Assembly: GCA_035759745.1 (NCBI GenBank)
Contig: DASTUF010000084.1
Location: 10,784-74,783, forward strand
Source: Gemmatimonadales bacterium
GTDB lineage: Bacteria > Gemmatimonadota > Gemmatimonadetes > Gemmatimonadales > GWC2-71-9
Length of the DNA: 64,000 bases
Reading direction: 5' to 3'
The translations under genes were made by a program, and so were the position numbers. The notes beneath the pieces are model-generated. The model ran no database searches and was not told the origin of the DNA. It worked only from the letters and a program-made list of their open reading frames with translations. Of the stretch, positions 1-8,784 are shown piece by piece (position 1 is the first letter of the stretch; the number at the start of each line of letters is the position of its first letter).

Positions 1-1307
1 CCGCCATCCGCCAGGGCATCACCACCATCATCGCGGGCCAGGATGGCGGGTCGCGCGGCACCGGCGCCGGCGGCCTGGGCGCGTGGTTCAAGGAGATCGA
101 CGCGCTCCAACCCGGTCCCAACGTGGCGTCGATGGTCGGTCTCGGCAGCGTGCGGGGAGCGGTGGTGGGCAATGACGACCGGCCGGCGACGCCTGCGGAG
201 CTCGCCGAGATGACCCGGCTGGTGGAAGCCGCCCTGGCGGACGGAGCCTGCGGCGCCTCATCCGGACTGGAATACACACCGGGCGCCTTTGCCTCGATCG
301 AGGAGCTGATTGCGCTTTGCCGGCCACTCGCCGCGCGCCGGCTACCCTATGCTTCCCACATGCGCAATGAAGACGACCGGCTGCTCGCCGCGATCGATGA
401 GGCCATCGCGGTAGCCCGCGGCGCCGGCTGCCCCCTGCATGTGTCGCATCTCAAGACCCAGGGCCCTCGCAACTGGCCTCGACTGGACGATGCTTTCGCT
501 CGCATCGAGGGGGCCAACAGCGGTGGTGGATCGGCCACCTTCGACCGCTACGCCTACATCGCCTACTCCACCGGGCTCACCAATCTCTTCCCGGTCTGGA
601 GCCGCGACGGCGGCACCGACGATTTCCTGGCGCGACTGGACGCTCCGGAAACCAGCGACCGCATCCGCACCGAAGCGCTCGCCAAGGTCGAGCTTATCGG
701 CGGCTGGCACAACGTGCAGATCTCGTCGGTACGGAACGACGCCGACCGCGCCGCCGAGGGCCAGCGGCTGGATGACTGGGCGCGGATGCGGAATGAGGAG
801 CCGTATGCCGCCACGCTCGGACTGCTTCGCCGCAACCGGGGCGGTGTCGGCATGCTTGGCTTCGCGATGAGCGAGGAGAATCTCGATCGTATCCTCGCCC
901 ACCCGCTCGCGATGGTGTGCACCGACGGCGGCGGATTCGCAATCGACGGCCCCACCCGGCGAGGCAGCCCGCATCCCCGCGGAGCAGGTAGCTTTGCCCG
1001 GGTATTGGGACGCTACGTTCGCGAGCGCAAGGCGCTGACCCTGCCCGATGCCATCCGCAAGATGACGTCGGCACCCGCTGCCCGGCTGCGGCTGGCCGAT
1101 CGCGGCCTGCTGCGACAGGGTTACGCGGCGGATGTCGTGATCTTCGATCCCGACACGGTGGCCGACCGCGCCACGTTCGAGAATCCGTTCCAGTATCCTG
1201 TCGGCATCAGCGCCGTAATCGTCAACGGCCGGTTTGCCTTGCGCGACGGAACACGTACGATGCCGGGCAGCGGACGGTCGCTGCGGCCGGCAGCCAACCC
1301 CCTGTAA
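1..1307 (+). CDS. N-acyl-D-amino-acid deacylase (D-aminoacylase) family amidohydrolase, 5'-partial (runs off the left edge)
   Basis: The frame stays open from nt 3 (AIRQGITTIIAGQDGGS...), upstream of the ORF-track Met at 123. Sequence is typical of D-aminoacylases (GLEYTPGAF, HVSHLK, CTDGGG, DVVIFDP...V.DRATFENP). Confidence 0.8.
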   Translation, partial: AIRQGITTIIAGQDGGSRGTGAGGLGAWFKEIDALQPGPNVASMVGLGSVRGAVVGNDDRPATPAELAEMTRLVEAALADGACGASSGLEYTPGAFASIEELIALCRPLAARRLPYASHMRNEDDRLLAAIDEAIAVARGAGCPLHVSHLKTQGPRNWPRLDDAFARIEGANSGGGSATFDRYAYIAYSTGLTNLFPVWSRDGGTDDFLARLDAPETSDRIRTEALAKVELIGGWHNVQISSVRNDADRAAEGQRLDDWARMRNEEPYAATLGLLRRNRGGVGMLGFAMSEENLDRILAHPLAMVCTDGGGFAIDGPTRRGSPHPRGAGSFARVLGRYVRERKALTLPDAIRKMTSAPAARLRLADRGLLRQGYAADVVIFDPDTVADRATFENPFQYPVGISAVIVNGRFALRDGTRTMPGSGRSLRPAANPL

Positions 1308-1327
1308 TTCCCGTATCGGAGCATGAC

Positions 1328-2743
1328 ATGTCCGTAGGTGCCAGGTTCCTCGCACAGGTCGATCAGGCCTTCGACCGTGCTGCCGCGCTCACCCCGCACG
1401 ACCCGACAATGCTCGCCAACATCAAGGCGTGCAAGAACGTGCTGTACACCAGCTTCCCGCTCAAGCGCGACGACGGCCGCATCGAGGTGATGCACGCATG
1501 GCGGGCGGAGCACAGCCACCACAAGCTCCCCTGCAAGGGCGGCATCCGCTACGCCGAGACGGTCGACGCCGAGGAGATCCAGGCGCTGGCGGCGCTGATG
1601 ACCTACAAGTGCGCGCTGGTGGACGTGCCGTTCGGCGGCGCCAAGGGCGGGGTGATGATCAACCCCAAGAAGTACTCGGCGGCGGAACTGGAACGGGTCA
1701 CCCGTCGCTACGTCTTCGAACTGGTGCGCAAGAACTGCATGGGGCCCGGGCTCGACGTGCCCGCACCCGATGTAGGCACCGGACCGCGAGAGATGGCGTG
1801 GATCGCCGACACCTACAGCCAGCTCAAGCCGGGGGAACTTGACGCGCTGGCATGCGTCACCGGCAAGCCGGTGAGCGCCGGCGGCATCCGCGGGCGGCAG
1901 GAGGCTACTGGCCGGGGCGTGTTCTACGGTACTCGCGAGATCGCCAGCATCAAGGAGGACATGAAGGCCATCGGCCTCTCCACCGGGCTCGAAGGCAAGC
2001 GGGTGGTGATCCAGGGCCTGGGCAACGTGGGCGCCAATGCCGCGCACTTCTTCCAGCAGGAAGGCGCCATCATCGTGGGCCTGGCGGAATCGGAAGGCGC
2101 CATCGCCAACGCCAAGGGCCTCGACGTGGAGAAGGTGCTGGCGCAGCGCGCCGAGCGGCGCACCGTGCTCGGCTTCCCCGGCGCCACCAACCTTGCCAGC
2201 CGGGAAGCGGCGCTCGAGCTCGACTGCGACATCCTCATCCCGGCGGCGCTGGAGCGGCAGATCACCGCCGACAATGCGCCGCGGATCAAGGCGAAGATGG
2301 TGGTGGAGGCAGCCAACGGGCCCACCACCGCGGAAGCCGATGCCATCCTGGCCCAGCGGGGCGTTTTCGTGATCCCCGACGCCTTCATCAATGCCGGTGG
2401 CGTGACCGTTTCGTACTTCGAGTGGGTCAAGGACCTGGGCCATGTGCGGTTCGGCCGGATGCAGAAGCGGGCCGAGCAGGCAGCGTATGCCCGGCTGCTG
2501 ACGGCGGTGGAGCAGGTCACCGGCCGGGAGTTCACCGAGGCCGAGGTGGAGCAGGTCACTCGGGGCTCGAGCGAAGAAGACCTGGTCAATTCGGGCCTGG
2601 AGGAGACCATGATCGGCGCCTATCACCCCATCCGCGAGACCTGGAAGCGGCACGCCGACAAGGCGGACCTCCGCACCGCAGCCATGGTCGTCGCCATCGA
2701 CAAGGTGGCACTGAGCTATGAGCAGCTGGGCATCTTCCCGTAA
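1328..2743 (+). CDS. Glu/Leu/Phe/Val dehydrogenase family protein (glutamate dehydrogenase)
   Basis: 471 aa with the catalytic-Lys motif region KGGIRY...VPFGGAKGG and the Rossmann motif QGLGNVG. ATG at 1328. Confidence 0.9.
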   Translation: MSVGARFLAQVDQAFDRAAALTPHDPTMLANIKACKNVLYTSFPLKRDDGRIEVMHAWRAEHSHHKLPCKGGIRYAETVDAEEIQALAALMTYKCALVDVPFGGAKGGVMINPKKYSAAELERVTRRYVFELVRKNCMGPGLDVPAPDVGTGPREMAWIADTYSQLKPGELDALACVTGKPVSAGGIRGRQEATGRGVFYGTREIASIKEDMKAIGLSTGLEGKRVVIQGLGNVGANAAHFFQQEGAIIVGLAESEGAIANAKGLDVEKVLAQRAERRTVLGFPGATNLASREAALELDCDILIPAALERQITADNAPRIKAKMVVEAANGPTTAEADAILAQRGVFVIPDAFINAGGVTVSYFEWVKDLGHVRFGRMQKRAEQAAYARLLTAVEQVTGREFTEAEVEQVTRGSSEEDLVNSGLEETMIGAYHPIRETWKRHADKADLRTAAMVVAIDKVALSYEQLGIFP

Positions 2744-3230
2744 ACGGCGGCCGGCGTTGGTGCTGGCGGCCATCCTGCTGGCCGTTGGCTGCCAGCCGCC
2801 CCCCCCGGAAACCAGCGCCGACCAGCCGCCGGCTGAGCATCCGGTGGCTGGCAGCTGGCGGGTCGAATTCACGCTCGACAGCGTTCGCAGCGGAACCGGG
2901 CCGTGGACGCCGGCCGATACCGTGAACGTGGTGGGCCAGCTGATTCTGGCTGGCCCCGACACCGGGCAGGCAGTAATGCTCACCGGCAGCTCGGATTTTG
3001 ACTTCACGCCGATGCTGGGCAGGCAGATTTCATGTTACGAGCCGGGCCCGGTGGAAGTCCGGGTCGGAAGAATCGATGAACGGTTCAACCTGCACTTCAC
3101 ACCCGGAGCCGCTGATTGCGGCTTCGGCGCGACCGTGGGCTGGAGCGGTGACTCCCTGACCGGGCGCTGGGGCGAAGCGTCGATCGCGGGGCCGGTGGCC
3201 ATGGGGAGGGTGGTAATGATCCACAGATGA
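2718..3230 (+). CDS. hypothetical lipoprotein
   Basis: N-terminal signal peptide with lipobox LLAVGC. Overlaps the gdh 3' end, and the C-terminal codons run into the left hairpin arm at 3219. Confidence 0.55.
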   Translation: MSSWASSRKRRPALVLAAILLAVGCQPPPPETSADQPPAEHPVAGSWRVEFTLDSVRSGTGPWTPADTVNVVGQLILAGPDTGQAVMLTGSSDFDFTPMLGRQISCYEPGPVEVRVGRIDERFNLHFTPGAADCGFGATVGWSGDSLTGRWGEASIAGPVAMGRVVMIHR

Positions 3231-3315
3231 AACTGATGTATACTCGATGAAGCTGATGTTTGGGTGAACAGCCGACCATCAGCTTCATCAATGTTCATCC
3301 ACTTCATCTGTGGAT
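3219..3315. repeat. long imperfect hairpin built from GATGAAN/CTGATGT-type heptamers (AT-richer member of the heptamer-hairpin family)
   Basis: ATCCACAGATGAA...GATGAAGCTGATG (3219-3260) pairs with CATCAGCTTCATC...TTCATCTGTGGAT (3277-3315). Lies between the lipoprotein stop and the RBS of the next gene. Confidence 0.8.
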
Positions 3316-3327
3316 CTGGAGGCTCCC

Positions 3328-3579
3328 ATGGCCAAGTGCGAAGTCTGCGGCAACGCTTACTACCTCTCCTTCGACGTCGTCGCCGCCGGCGTGACCCATA
3401 CGTTCGATTCCTTCGAGTGCGCCATCCACAAACTGGCCCCGACCTGCGCCCACTGCGGCTGCCGCATCATCGGCCACGGTATCGAGGCCAACGGCACCTT
3501 CTACTGCTGTGCTCACTGCGCCCACCAGGAGGGCGCCACCAAGGTTCGCGACAACGAGGCCCATGCCGCGTCGGACTGA
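3328..3579 (+). CDS. small Cys/His-rich putative metal-binding protein
   Basis: MAKCEVCGN...FECAIHKLAPTCAHCGCRIIGHG...FYCCAHCAHQ. GGAGG RBS at 3317-3321. The ORF-track GTG start at 3310 lies inside the hairpin, so ATG 3328 is preferred. Confidence 0.7.
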   Translation: MAKCEVCGNAYYLSFDVVAAGVTHTFDSFECAIHKLAPTCAHCGCRIIGHGIEANGTFYCCAHCAHQEGATKVRDNEAHAASD

Positions 3580-4006
3580 ATTGCTCGCGCTGATCGCGCT
3601 GGTGGCCCTTGTCGGCTGCGACCGTCGGCGGCAGATGATGCCGCCCGACGGCGCCGATACCGGCGTTGCGATCCTGGACAGCATCCCGACCATCGAGATC
3701 CTCTCGCCTGCGGGGACCGATACGCTGGTGGAGGGCCGTACCCACGTGATCCGCTGGACCGCGTCGGGCGTGCAAACCCTGGACATCGGTGCCGCCATCG
3801 GCGGCAAGGACAAGGGTCATCTCGGCATCGCCATCCCCGCCAGCCCCGATACGCTCGTGTGGACCGTTCCGGAGGGATTCGTTTCCGGCGTCGGCCTCGA
3901 GGCATCGTCCAATGCGCGACTGATGTTCGAGTCGCGCGATCCCGCGGGCGCGCACGCCGAGTCCGAACCATTCACCATCGTGGCCCAGCCGTCCATCGCC
4001 CCATGA
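3563..4006 (+). CDS. hypothetical lipoprotein
   Basis: Internal Met gives MPRRTELLALIALVALVGC (signal peptide plus lipobox). Overlaps the upstream gene by 17 nt. Confidence 0.6.
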   Translation: MPRRTELLALIALVALVGCDRRRQMMPPDGADTGVAILDSIPTIEILSPAGTDTLVEGRTHVIRWTASGVQTLDIGAAIGGKDKGHLGIAIPASPDTLVWTVPEGFVSGVGLEASSNARLMFESRDPAGAHAESEPFTIVAQPSIAP

Positions 4007-4218
4007 CATCCGACTCCGACTTCGACCTGATGCCGCTCGTGGCCGCGGGGGTGGTGCTGGCCGCCGCCTTCCTGGCCCGGCGCTGGCTCCGGAAGCACAC
4101 CGACATCCCCAACGCCTTCCTGGCTGTCGGGGAGGAGCTCATTGTGCCCGTAGTGGCCACGTGGGCCGTGACCCAGGTAGAGCGCCGCAGGCTCCCGCGC
4201 TACGCATCCCGTGCGTGA
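4003..4218 (+). CDS. small hypothetical membrane protein
   Basis: ATG at 4003 overlaps the upstream stop. One hydrophobic helix (LMPLVAAGVVLAAAFLA). No recognisable family. Confidence 0.4.
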   Translation: MTSDSDFDLMPLVAAGVVLAAAFLARRWLRKHTDIPNAFLAVGEELIVPVVATWAVTQVERRRLPRYASRA

Positions 4219-4423
4219 CATCGACGACGACGCCACGGCTGAAGGAGCGGTGGAGCTGCACTGCCCCTGGTGCGGCGAGCCTCACACACTCGAACCCGAT
4301 CCGTCCGGCGGCGCAGTTCAGGAATACGTCGAGGACTGCCCGGTATGCTGCAATCCCTGGCTGGTCAAAGTCCGATTCGCGGCTCCCGGACTTGCCGATG
4401 TGACGCTCGACCGGGCACAATAG
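4211..4423 (+). CDS. CPXCG motif-containing cysteine-rich protein
   Basis: HCPWCGE...QEYVEDCPVCCNPW matches the Cys_rich_CPXG family signature. The GTG start overlaps the upstream stop. Confidence 0.75.
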   Translation: MRDIDDDATAEGAVELHCPWCGEPHTLEPDPSGGAVQEYVEDCPVCCNPWLVKVRFAAPGLADVTLDRAQ

Positions 4424-4428
4424 CCGCA

Positions 4429-4911
4429 ATGGCCACCAGCCTGTTCACCATTCCGGTCACGACCATCGACGGCCGCACCACCACCCTGGAACCGTGGCGG
4501 GGGCAGGTGCTGCTGATAGTGAATGTCGCGAGCCAGTGCGGCTTCACGCCGCAGTATGAAGGACTGGAGGCGCTGCATCGCGCCCACGCCCCACAGGGGC
4601 TCGCGGTGCTTGGCTTCCCCTGCGACCAGTTCGGCCACCAGGAGCCGGGCGACGAGGCCGAGATCCGGGACTTCTGCCGGCTCACCTACGACGTGACGTT
4701 CCCGCTGTTCGCCAGGATCGAAGTCAACGGGCCCGGCACGCATCCACTCTATCGCGAGCTCAAGCGCGCTCGGCGCGGCTTTCTGGGCACCGGCAACATC
4801 AAGTGGAACTTCACCAAGTTCGTGGTGGCTCGCTCGGGTCAGGTGGTCCAGCGCCACCCGCCAACCCGCACCCCGGAGCAACTGCAACCCGGACTCCTGA
4901 AACTGCTCTGA
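4429..4911 (+). CDS. gpx: glutathione peroxidase
   Basis: Internal Met at 4429 gives MATSLFTIPV...LIVNVASQCGFTPQYEGLEAL...LGFPCDQFGHQEPG...WNFTKF, the classical GPx motifs. Confidence 0.9.
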   Translation: MATSLFTIPVTTIDGRTTTLEPWRGQVLLIVNVASQCGFTPQYEGLEALHRAHAPQGLAVLGFPCDQFGHQEPGDEAEIRDFCRLTYDVTFPLFARIEVNGPGTHPLYRELKRARRGFLGTGNIKWNFTKFVVARSGQVVQRHPPTRTPEQLQPGLLKLL

Positions 4912-4921
4912 ACTTCTCGCT

Positions 4922-4984
4922 CTGATCCCTGATCCCAGGTCCCTGACCCCTGACCCCACGCCTCACGTCCCACGCCTCACGCCC
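4922..4984. repeat. single-armed array of nine tandem heptamers (CTGATCC x2, CAGGTCC, CTGACCC x2, CACGCCT, CACGTCC, CACGCCT, CACGCCC)
   Basis: Read directly from the sequence; period 7 with no gaps, beginning 11 nt after the gpx stop. No complementary arm nearby. Confidence 0.9.
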
Positions 4985-5114
4985 TTCCTCGGTTCAATCC
5001 GCAACTCGCGTGACCTGCGCCACAGGCAACCCGGCCGCACTATGCCAGATATGACGGGCTGGTATCGTCACTGTGACGATTCCCCAATGGCACATTCACA
5101 ATTGGAGTTGCTGC

Positions 5115-5510
5115 ATGCTGAAGACGATCCTTGCCGCAGATCTGCGGTTCGCCGCTCGGAAGAGCGGCTTTCTGGCGTTGCTGGCGCTTGCCTCGCTGAC
5201 TGTTGCGGCATGCGACGATGACACCAACGAACCCGAAGTGGGCAATCTCGACGTTACCGTGACGGTCACCGGCGAGGGCGCCGACGCTGACGGCTTCGAC
5301 GTCACGGTTGGAACAGCTTCAATCGGCCCGGTAGCGGCCACTGGCGGCACCGTGTCCGCCACGGCCCTGGCCACTGGCGATACGCAGGTCACGCTGACCG
5401 GCCTGGACGCCAACTGCTCGGTGGATTCCGCCACCAAGACCGCTACGATTACCGATGGCGACACCACCGACGTGACGTTCGAGGTGAGCTGCTCCGCCGT
5501 AGCGGTATAG
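5115..5510 (+). CDS. hypothetical lipoprotein
   Basis: MLKTILAADL...LALASLTVAAC gives a signal peptide plus lipobox. The mature part is Thr/Asp/Gly/Val-rich and looks beta-rich. Confidence 0.6.
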   Translation: MLKTILAADLRFAARKSGFLALLALASLTVAACDDDTNEPEVGNLDVTVTVTGEGADADGFDVTVGTASIGPVAATGGTVSATALATGDTQVTLTGLDANCSVDSATKTATITDGDTTDVTFEVSCSAVAV

Positions 5511-5572
5511 TTTTCCTCCGGGGCGCGGCCTCCCTGTGAGGTCGTGGCCCCGCTCGTCGCGGAGGTAGGCCC

Positions 5573-5794
5573 ATGTCGGTGAAGGGACGGAAGCCCGCCA
5601 AGAAGCAGGCTCGCAAGTACGGCGAAGCGGCAGGGAAGTGGGTGGAACGTGCCATGCGTCGTCGCAAGAAGGGCACGCTCCGCAGCGGACCGGGCGGCAA
5701 GGGTGGCAAGGTGAAGAGCCGCGAGCAGGCGATCGCGATCGGACTGTCCGAAGCTCGCGAGAAGGGAGCGAAGGTGCCCAGGAAGAAGTCGTGA
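5573..5794 (+). CDS. DUF6496-like small basic protein
   Basis: Lys/Arg-rich 73 aa with the SREQAIAIGLSEAREKGAKVP motif typical of that family. Confidence 0.65.
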   Translation: MSVKGRKPAKKQARKYGEAAGKWVERAMRRRKKGTLRSGPGGKGGKVKSREQAIAIGLSEAREKGAKVPRKKS

Positions 5795-5988
5795 GCTTCT
5801 GGAGCCGCTTGTTCGGCCCGCGCGAGACACCCGAGGAAACGGTGCAGCGCACTCGCCGAGCCCTGGAACTGATGGACTCCGGCAAGACCGACGAGGAAGT
5901 GGAACGCGCGCTCTACATGGACGGAGTCCCGGTAGAGCGCGCGCGTGCGTTGGTCGCCGAGGTACGACGAGTAAAAGGTGAAAGGTGA
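5791..5988 (+). CDS. small hypothetical protein
   Basis: A GTG at 5791 overlaps the upstream TGA (GTGA). The 65-aa helical-looking product ends inside the hairpin arm. Confidence 0.35.
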   Translation: MSFWSRLFGPRETPEETVQRTRRALELMDSGKTDEEVERALYMDGVPVERARALVAEVRRVKGER

Positions 5989-6036
5989 ACAGTGAACGGG
6001 AAGCCCTGATCACCGTTCACCTTTCACGCTTCACCT
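5973..6036. repeat. heptamer hairpin (GGTGAAA/GGTGAAC flavour) between convergent genes
   Basis: AAAAGGTGAAAGGTGAACAGTGAACGG (5973-5999) pairs with CCGTTCACCTTTCACGCTTCACCT (6013-6036). Both flanking stop codons lie inside the arms. Confidence 0.85.
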
Positions 6037-8053
6037 ACGGGGTCAGCGGCCTGGTCTCCGGCTCGATCTTCACAATCCACAGGCCGTTGTTGTTGTCATT
6101 CACGTACGCCAGCCCGTCCTTCACCACTACGCCCCACGTGTTGGGCGAGTTCTTCACTTCGCCGTCCATGTCGCCCGTGTGCACGTGGACGATCTCGCGA
6201 TTCTGGGCCCGGAGATCACCCCGCAGCTCGCCGCTGATATCGAAGGCGCGGAACCCGCCCTGGTACGCCCCCATGTAGAGCGTGTCGCCCGCCACCCACA
6301 CGTTGTGCACCCCACCATACTCCGGTTCGTACCACGCCACCGAGCGGGGCTGCTCCATGTCCGACACGTCAATCACCTGCAGGCGGCCGTAGGCGCGCCC
6401 TGCCGCTGCGTCCTTGGCGCCCTTCACCCCGGCGCCGGGGAACACCTCGTCGGCGATGAACACATAGTCGTTGTGGCGCCACGCGGTGTGGGTGCCACGG
6501 ATGAAGCCGGGGCCGCCGACCGCCTCGACTTCCCTATACAGCGCGTTGAGGTCGTACTTGTACTGGGTCACCATCTGGGGGTTGGACGGGCTGCCGCCCT
6601 TCACTCCATTGCCCACGTCGAGGATCACCAGCCCGTCGTTCCAGTAGGACAGGTATGCCAGGCCGTCCTTGATGTCGATGTCGTGCAGGGTACGGCCGGC
6701 ATCGGGCCGATCCGTGCGCCACTGCCCCACTTCCCTGGGATTCGCCGGGTCACCTATGTCCACCACGTGCATGGCGCCGGTGCCGTCGTTGGTGAGGTAC
6801 ACATGGGTGCCGTACTTCGGCTGCTGGTAGATGAACGCCGAGTGGACTCCGGCGTGGACGCCGTCGGTGAACTCCGCGACCACCTTCGGGTGGAGCGGGT
6901 CTTCCAGCGTGGCGATGACGATCCCGTTCTTGCGATCCGACGCGCCCTCGCGGGTGAACACCAGCGTCTTCCCGTCGGGCGTGGTCATCACGTCATTGAC
7001 TCGGCGGGTGTTGGTGACGACCGAGTCGGTCACCACCGGATTCGCCGGATCGCTGATGTCGATCGCGTACATCCGGTCTCCGCCTCGGCCCGTGCCGAGG
7101 TAGGCAGCCTTGCCGCTGGGGTGCACCCAGACCTCCTCGGTGCGGAAGAGCGATCGAGGCAGGCGACCCACCACCGTGGCTGGCCGGCGCACATCGCGCG
7201 GCGCCAGCGTGACCGCGGCGTCAGCGCTGCGGGTCCCGAAGCTCGCGGTGATCAGGTAGTCACCCGGCTCGTAACCCACGAACGCCCCGTCGGCATCGAT
7301 CGTCCCATTGCCAGGCGAGAAACTCCACTGCGGCGTGAGTCCGGCGATCTCTCTGCCGTTGGCATCGCGCGCCACAGCGGTGAGACGCAGCACGTCGCCC
7401 TCCTTCCCCTCCACGCGCGGGGGGCTGATCGCGACGCTGGCAACCGGGGTCGCCACGATCTCGACGGGCACTTCCGTGCGCACGTCGCCCACCGCCGCCG
7501 TGATGACGGCCCGGCCGGGGGCCAGCGCCATCACCACGCCATCTGCCGACACATCCGCCACCCGGGACGCCGAGCTGCGCCATGCGATCTGGTCATCCCG
7601 TTCGTCGCTCGCGGCGGACCACGACGTCGCCGACAGCCGCACACGCTGCCCGATGGCGAGCCGGGAGACTGACGGCGTCACGCTGATGCGGGCCGCCGGG
7701 CCCGGCACCATCCGGATCTGCAACCGCTCGAGATACGGCTTGGCCCCTGGCACGGTCGCGACCGCCCCCACCACGATGGAGCCGGTGGCGCCGGAACGCA
7801 CCAGGCCGCTGGTGTCCACCGAGCCTTCGAAATACCCGCCGGTCAGGAAGTAGCGGATGCTGGCGTTGGGCACCGGCTCGCCATTGGCGCCGAGCGCGCG
7901 CGCGCTCAGGCGCACGGAATCGCCCGCGACCACGGTGAGCTCGGAGCCCGAGGCAAAGGCAATGCGCGAAACGGGTGAGGCTGCCAGGGATGACGTGGGC
8001 GCTTGGGGCGCTTGCTGCATCAGCGCGGCGAGCGCCAGGAGACCTGTGAGCAT
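6035..8053 (-). CDS. secreted Ig-like (Big_2) domain plus LVIVD-repeat beta-propeller protein
   Basis: Signal peptide, N-terminal Big_2-like repeats (ITAAVGDVRTEVPVEIV), and C-terminal LVIVD-type repeats (GLVILDVGN, GLWIVKIE). Confidence 0.8.
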   Translation of the reverse strand: MLTGLLALAALMQQAPQAPTSSLAASPVSRIAFASGSELTVVAGDSVRLSARALGANGEPVPNASIRYFLTGGYFEGSVDTSGLVRSGATGSIVVGAVATVPGAKPYLERLQIRMVPGPAARISVTPSVSRLAIGQRVRLSATSWSAASDERDDQIAWRSSASRVADVSADGVVMALAPGRAVITAAVGDVRTEVPVEIVATPVASVAISPPRVEGKEGDVLRLTAVARDANGREIAGLTPQWSFSPGNGTIDADGAFVGYEPGDYLITASFGTRSADAAVTLAPRDVRRPATVVGRLPRSLFRTEEVWVHPSGKAAYLGTGRGGDRMYAIDISDPANPVVTDSVVTNTRRVNDVMTTPDGKTLVFTREGASDRKNGIVIATLEDPLHPKVVAEFTDGVHAGVHSAFIYQQPKYGTHVYLTNDGTGAMHVVDIGDPANPREVGQWRTDRPDAGRTLHDIDIKDGLAYLSYWNDGLVILDVGNGVKGGSPSNPQMVTQYKYDLNALYREVEAVGGPGFIRGTHTAWRHNDYVFIADEVFPGAGVKGAKDAAAGRAYGRLQVIDVSDMEQPRSVAWYEPEYGGVHNVWVAGDTLYMGAYQGGFRAFDISGELRGDLRAQNREIVHVHTGDMDGEVKNSPNTWGVVVKDGLAYVNDNNNGLWIVKIEPETRPLTP

Positions 8054-8185
8054 GCGGCCTGACTCGATGAGAGGGAATAAGTGGCCCTACGGGGCCCGCC
8101 CGGCGCAGGTTGCGGTCCGGGAAACCCGAACCGCCGCAGGGGCGTAGGTTACGGCCTATTCTACCCCCGACCCGGAGGTCATGCC

Positions 8186-8677
8186 ATGCGCCGTTCGATC
8201 GTCCTGCTGTTCGCTCTGGCTCTCGGTGGCACCGCCTCGGCCAGCGCCCAGGCCACGACCCCGGCCCCGGATCGGGCCGCCGACAGCGCTGCCGTGCTGG
8301 CCGTGGTCCACCGCGTCTTCGACGCCATGCGGAGCCGCGATTCAGCGCTGCTCCGCACCGCCTTTGCCGAGGACGCCCGGCTGTTCACGCCCGGCATGCG
8401 CGACGGCGCGCCGGTGGTGCACGCAGAACCCATCAACGGGTTCATCGAAGCCGTTGGCCAGCCCAGCGACTCGACCTGGGACGAGCGGATCTACGGAACG
8501 GAAGTTCGGCTCGACGGCGGCCTCGCCACCGTGTGGACCGAGTACGACTTTTTCCTCGGCAGCAAATTCCTGCACTGCGGCGTGGACGCCTTCCAGCTCG
8601 CGCGGTATCCCGATGGGTGGAAGATCACGAGCCTTGGGGACACGAGACAGCGGGAGGGGTGCCCCAAGAGACAGTAG
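8186..8677 (+). CDS. secreted NTF2-fold (SnoaL/DUF4440-like) protein
   Basis: Met at 8186 preceded by GGAGG. Signal peptide MRRSIVLLFALALGGTASASAQ. The C-terminal pattern (WTEYDF...CGVDAFQLAR..GWKI) is typical of NTF2-like folds. Confidence 0.7.
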   Translation: MRRSIVLLFALALGGTASASAQATTPAPDRAADSAAVLAVVHRVFDAMRSRDSALLRTAFAEDARLFTPGMRDGAPVVHAEPINGFIEAVGQPSDSTWDERIYGTEVRLDGGLATVWTEYDFFLGSKFLHCGVDAFQLARYPDGWKITSLGDTRQREGCPKRQ

Positions 8678-8680
8678 CAA

Positions 8681-8784
8681 GTGGGGAGTGGGGAGTGGGA
8701 AGTGGGGAGTGGGGAGTGGGGAGTGGGGAGTGGGAGGTGGTCTCTACTTCCTACTTCCCACTCCCCACTTCCCACTTCCCACTC
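8681..8784. repeat. heptamer hairpin (GTGGGGA/GTGGGAA flavour) with unequal arms
   Basis: The G-rich arm has 8 heptamers plus GTGG (8681-8740), then loop TCTC, then a C-rich arm TACTTCC x2, CACTCCC, CACTTCC x2, CACTC (8745-8784). The right arm encodes the last residues of the ligase. Confidence 0.9.

Noticed and set aside
342-3007. Long antisense ORFs (342-1355 minus, 1121-3007 minus, 628 aa) opposite the amidohydrolase and glutamate dehydrogenase genes
   Set aside because: These are typical high-GC shadow ORFs. Their products are Arg/Pro/Gly/Ala-rich with no motifs, while the opposite strand encodes clearly recognisable enzymes.
8681-8784. Heptamer arrays as possible CRISPR arrays
   Set aside because: The repeat unit is only 7 nt and the copies are contiguous with no spacers. 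No cas genes are present in the window.
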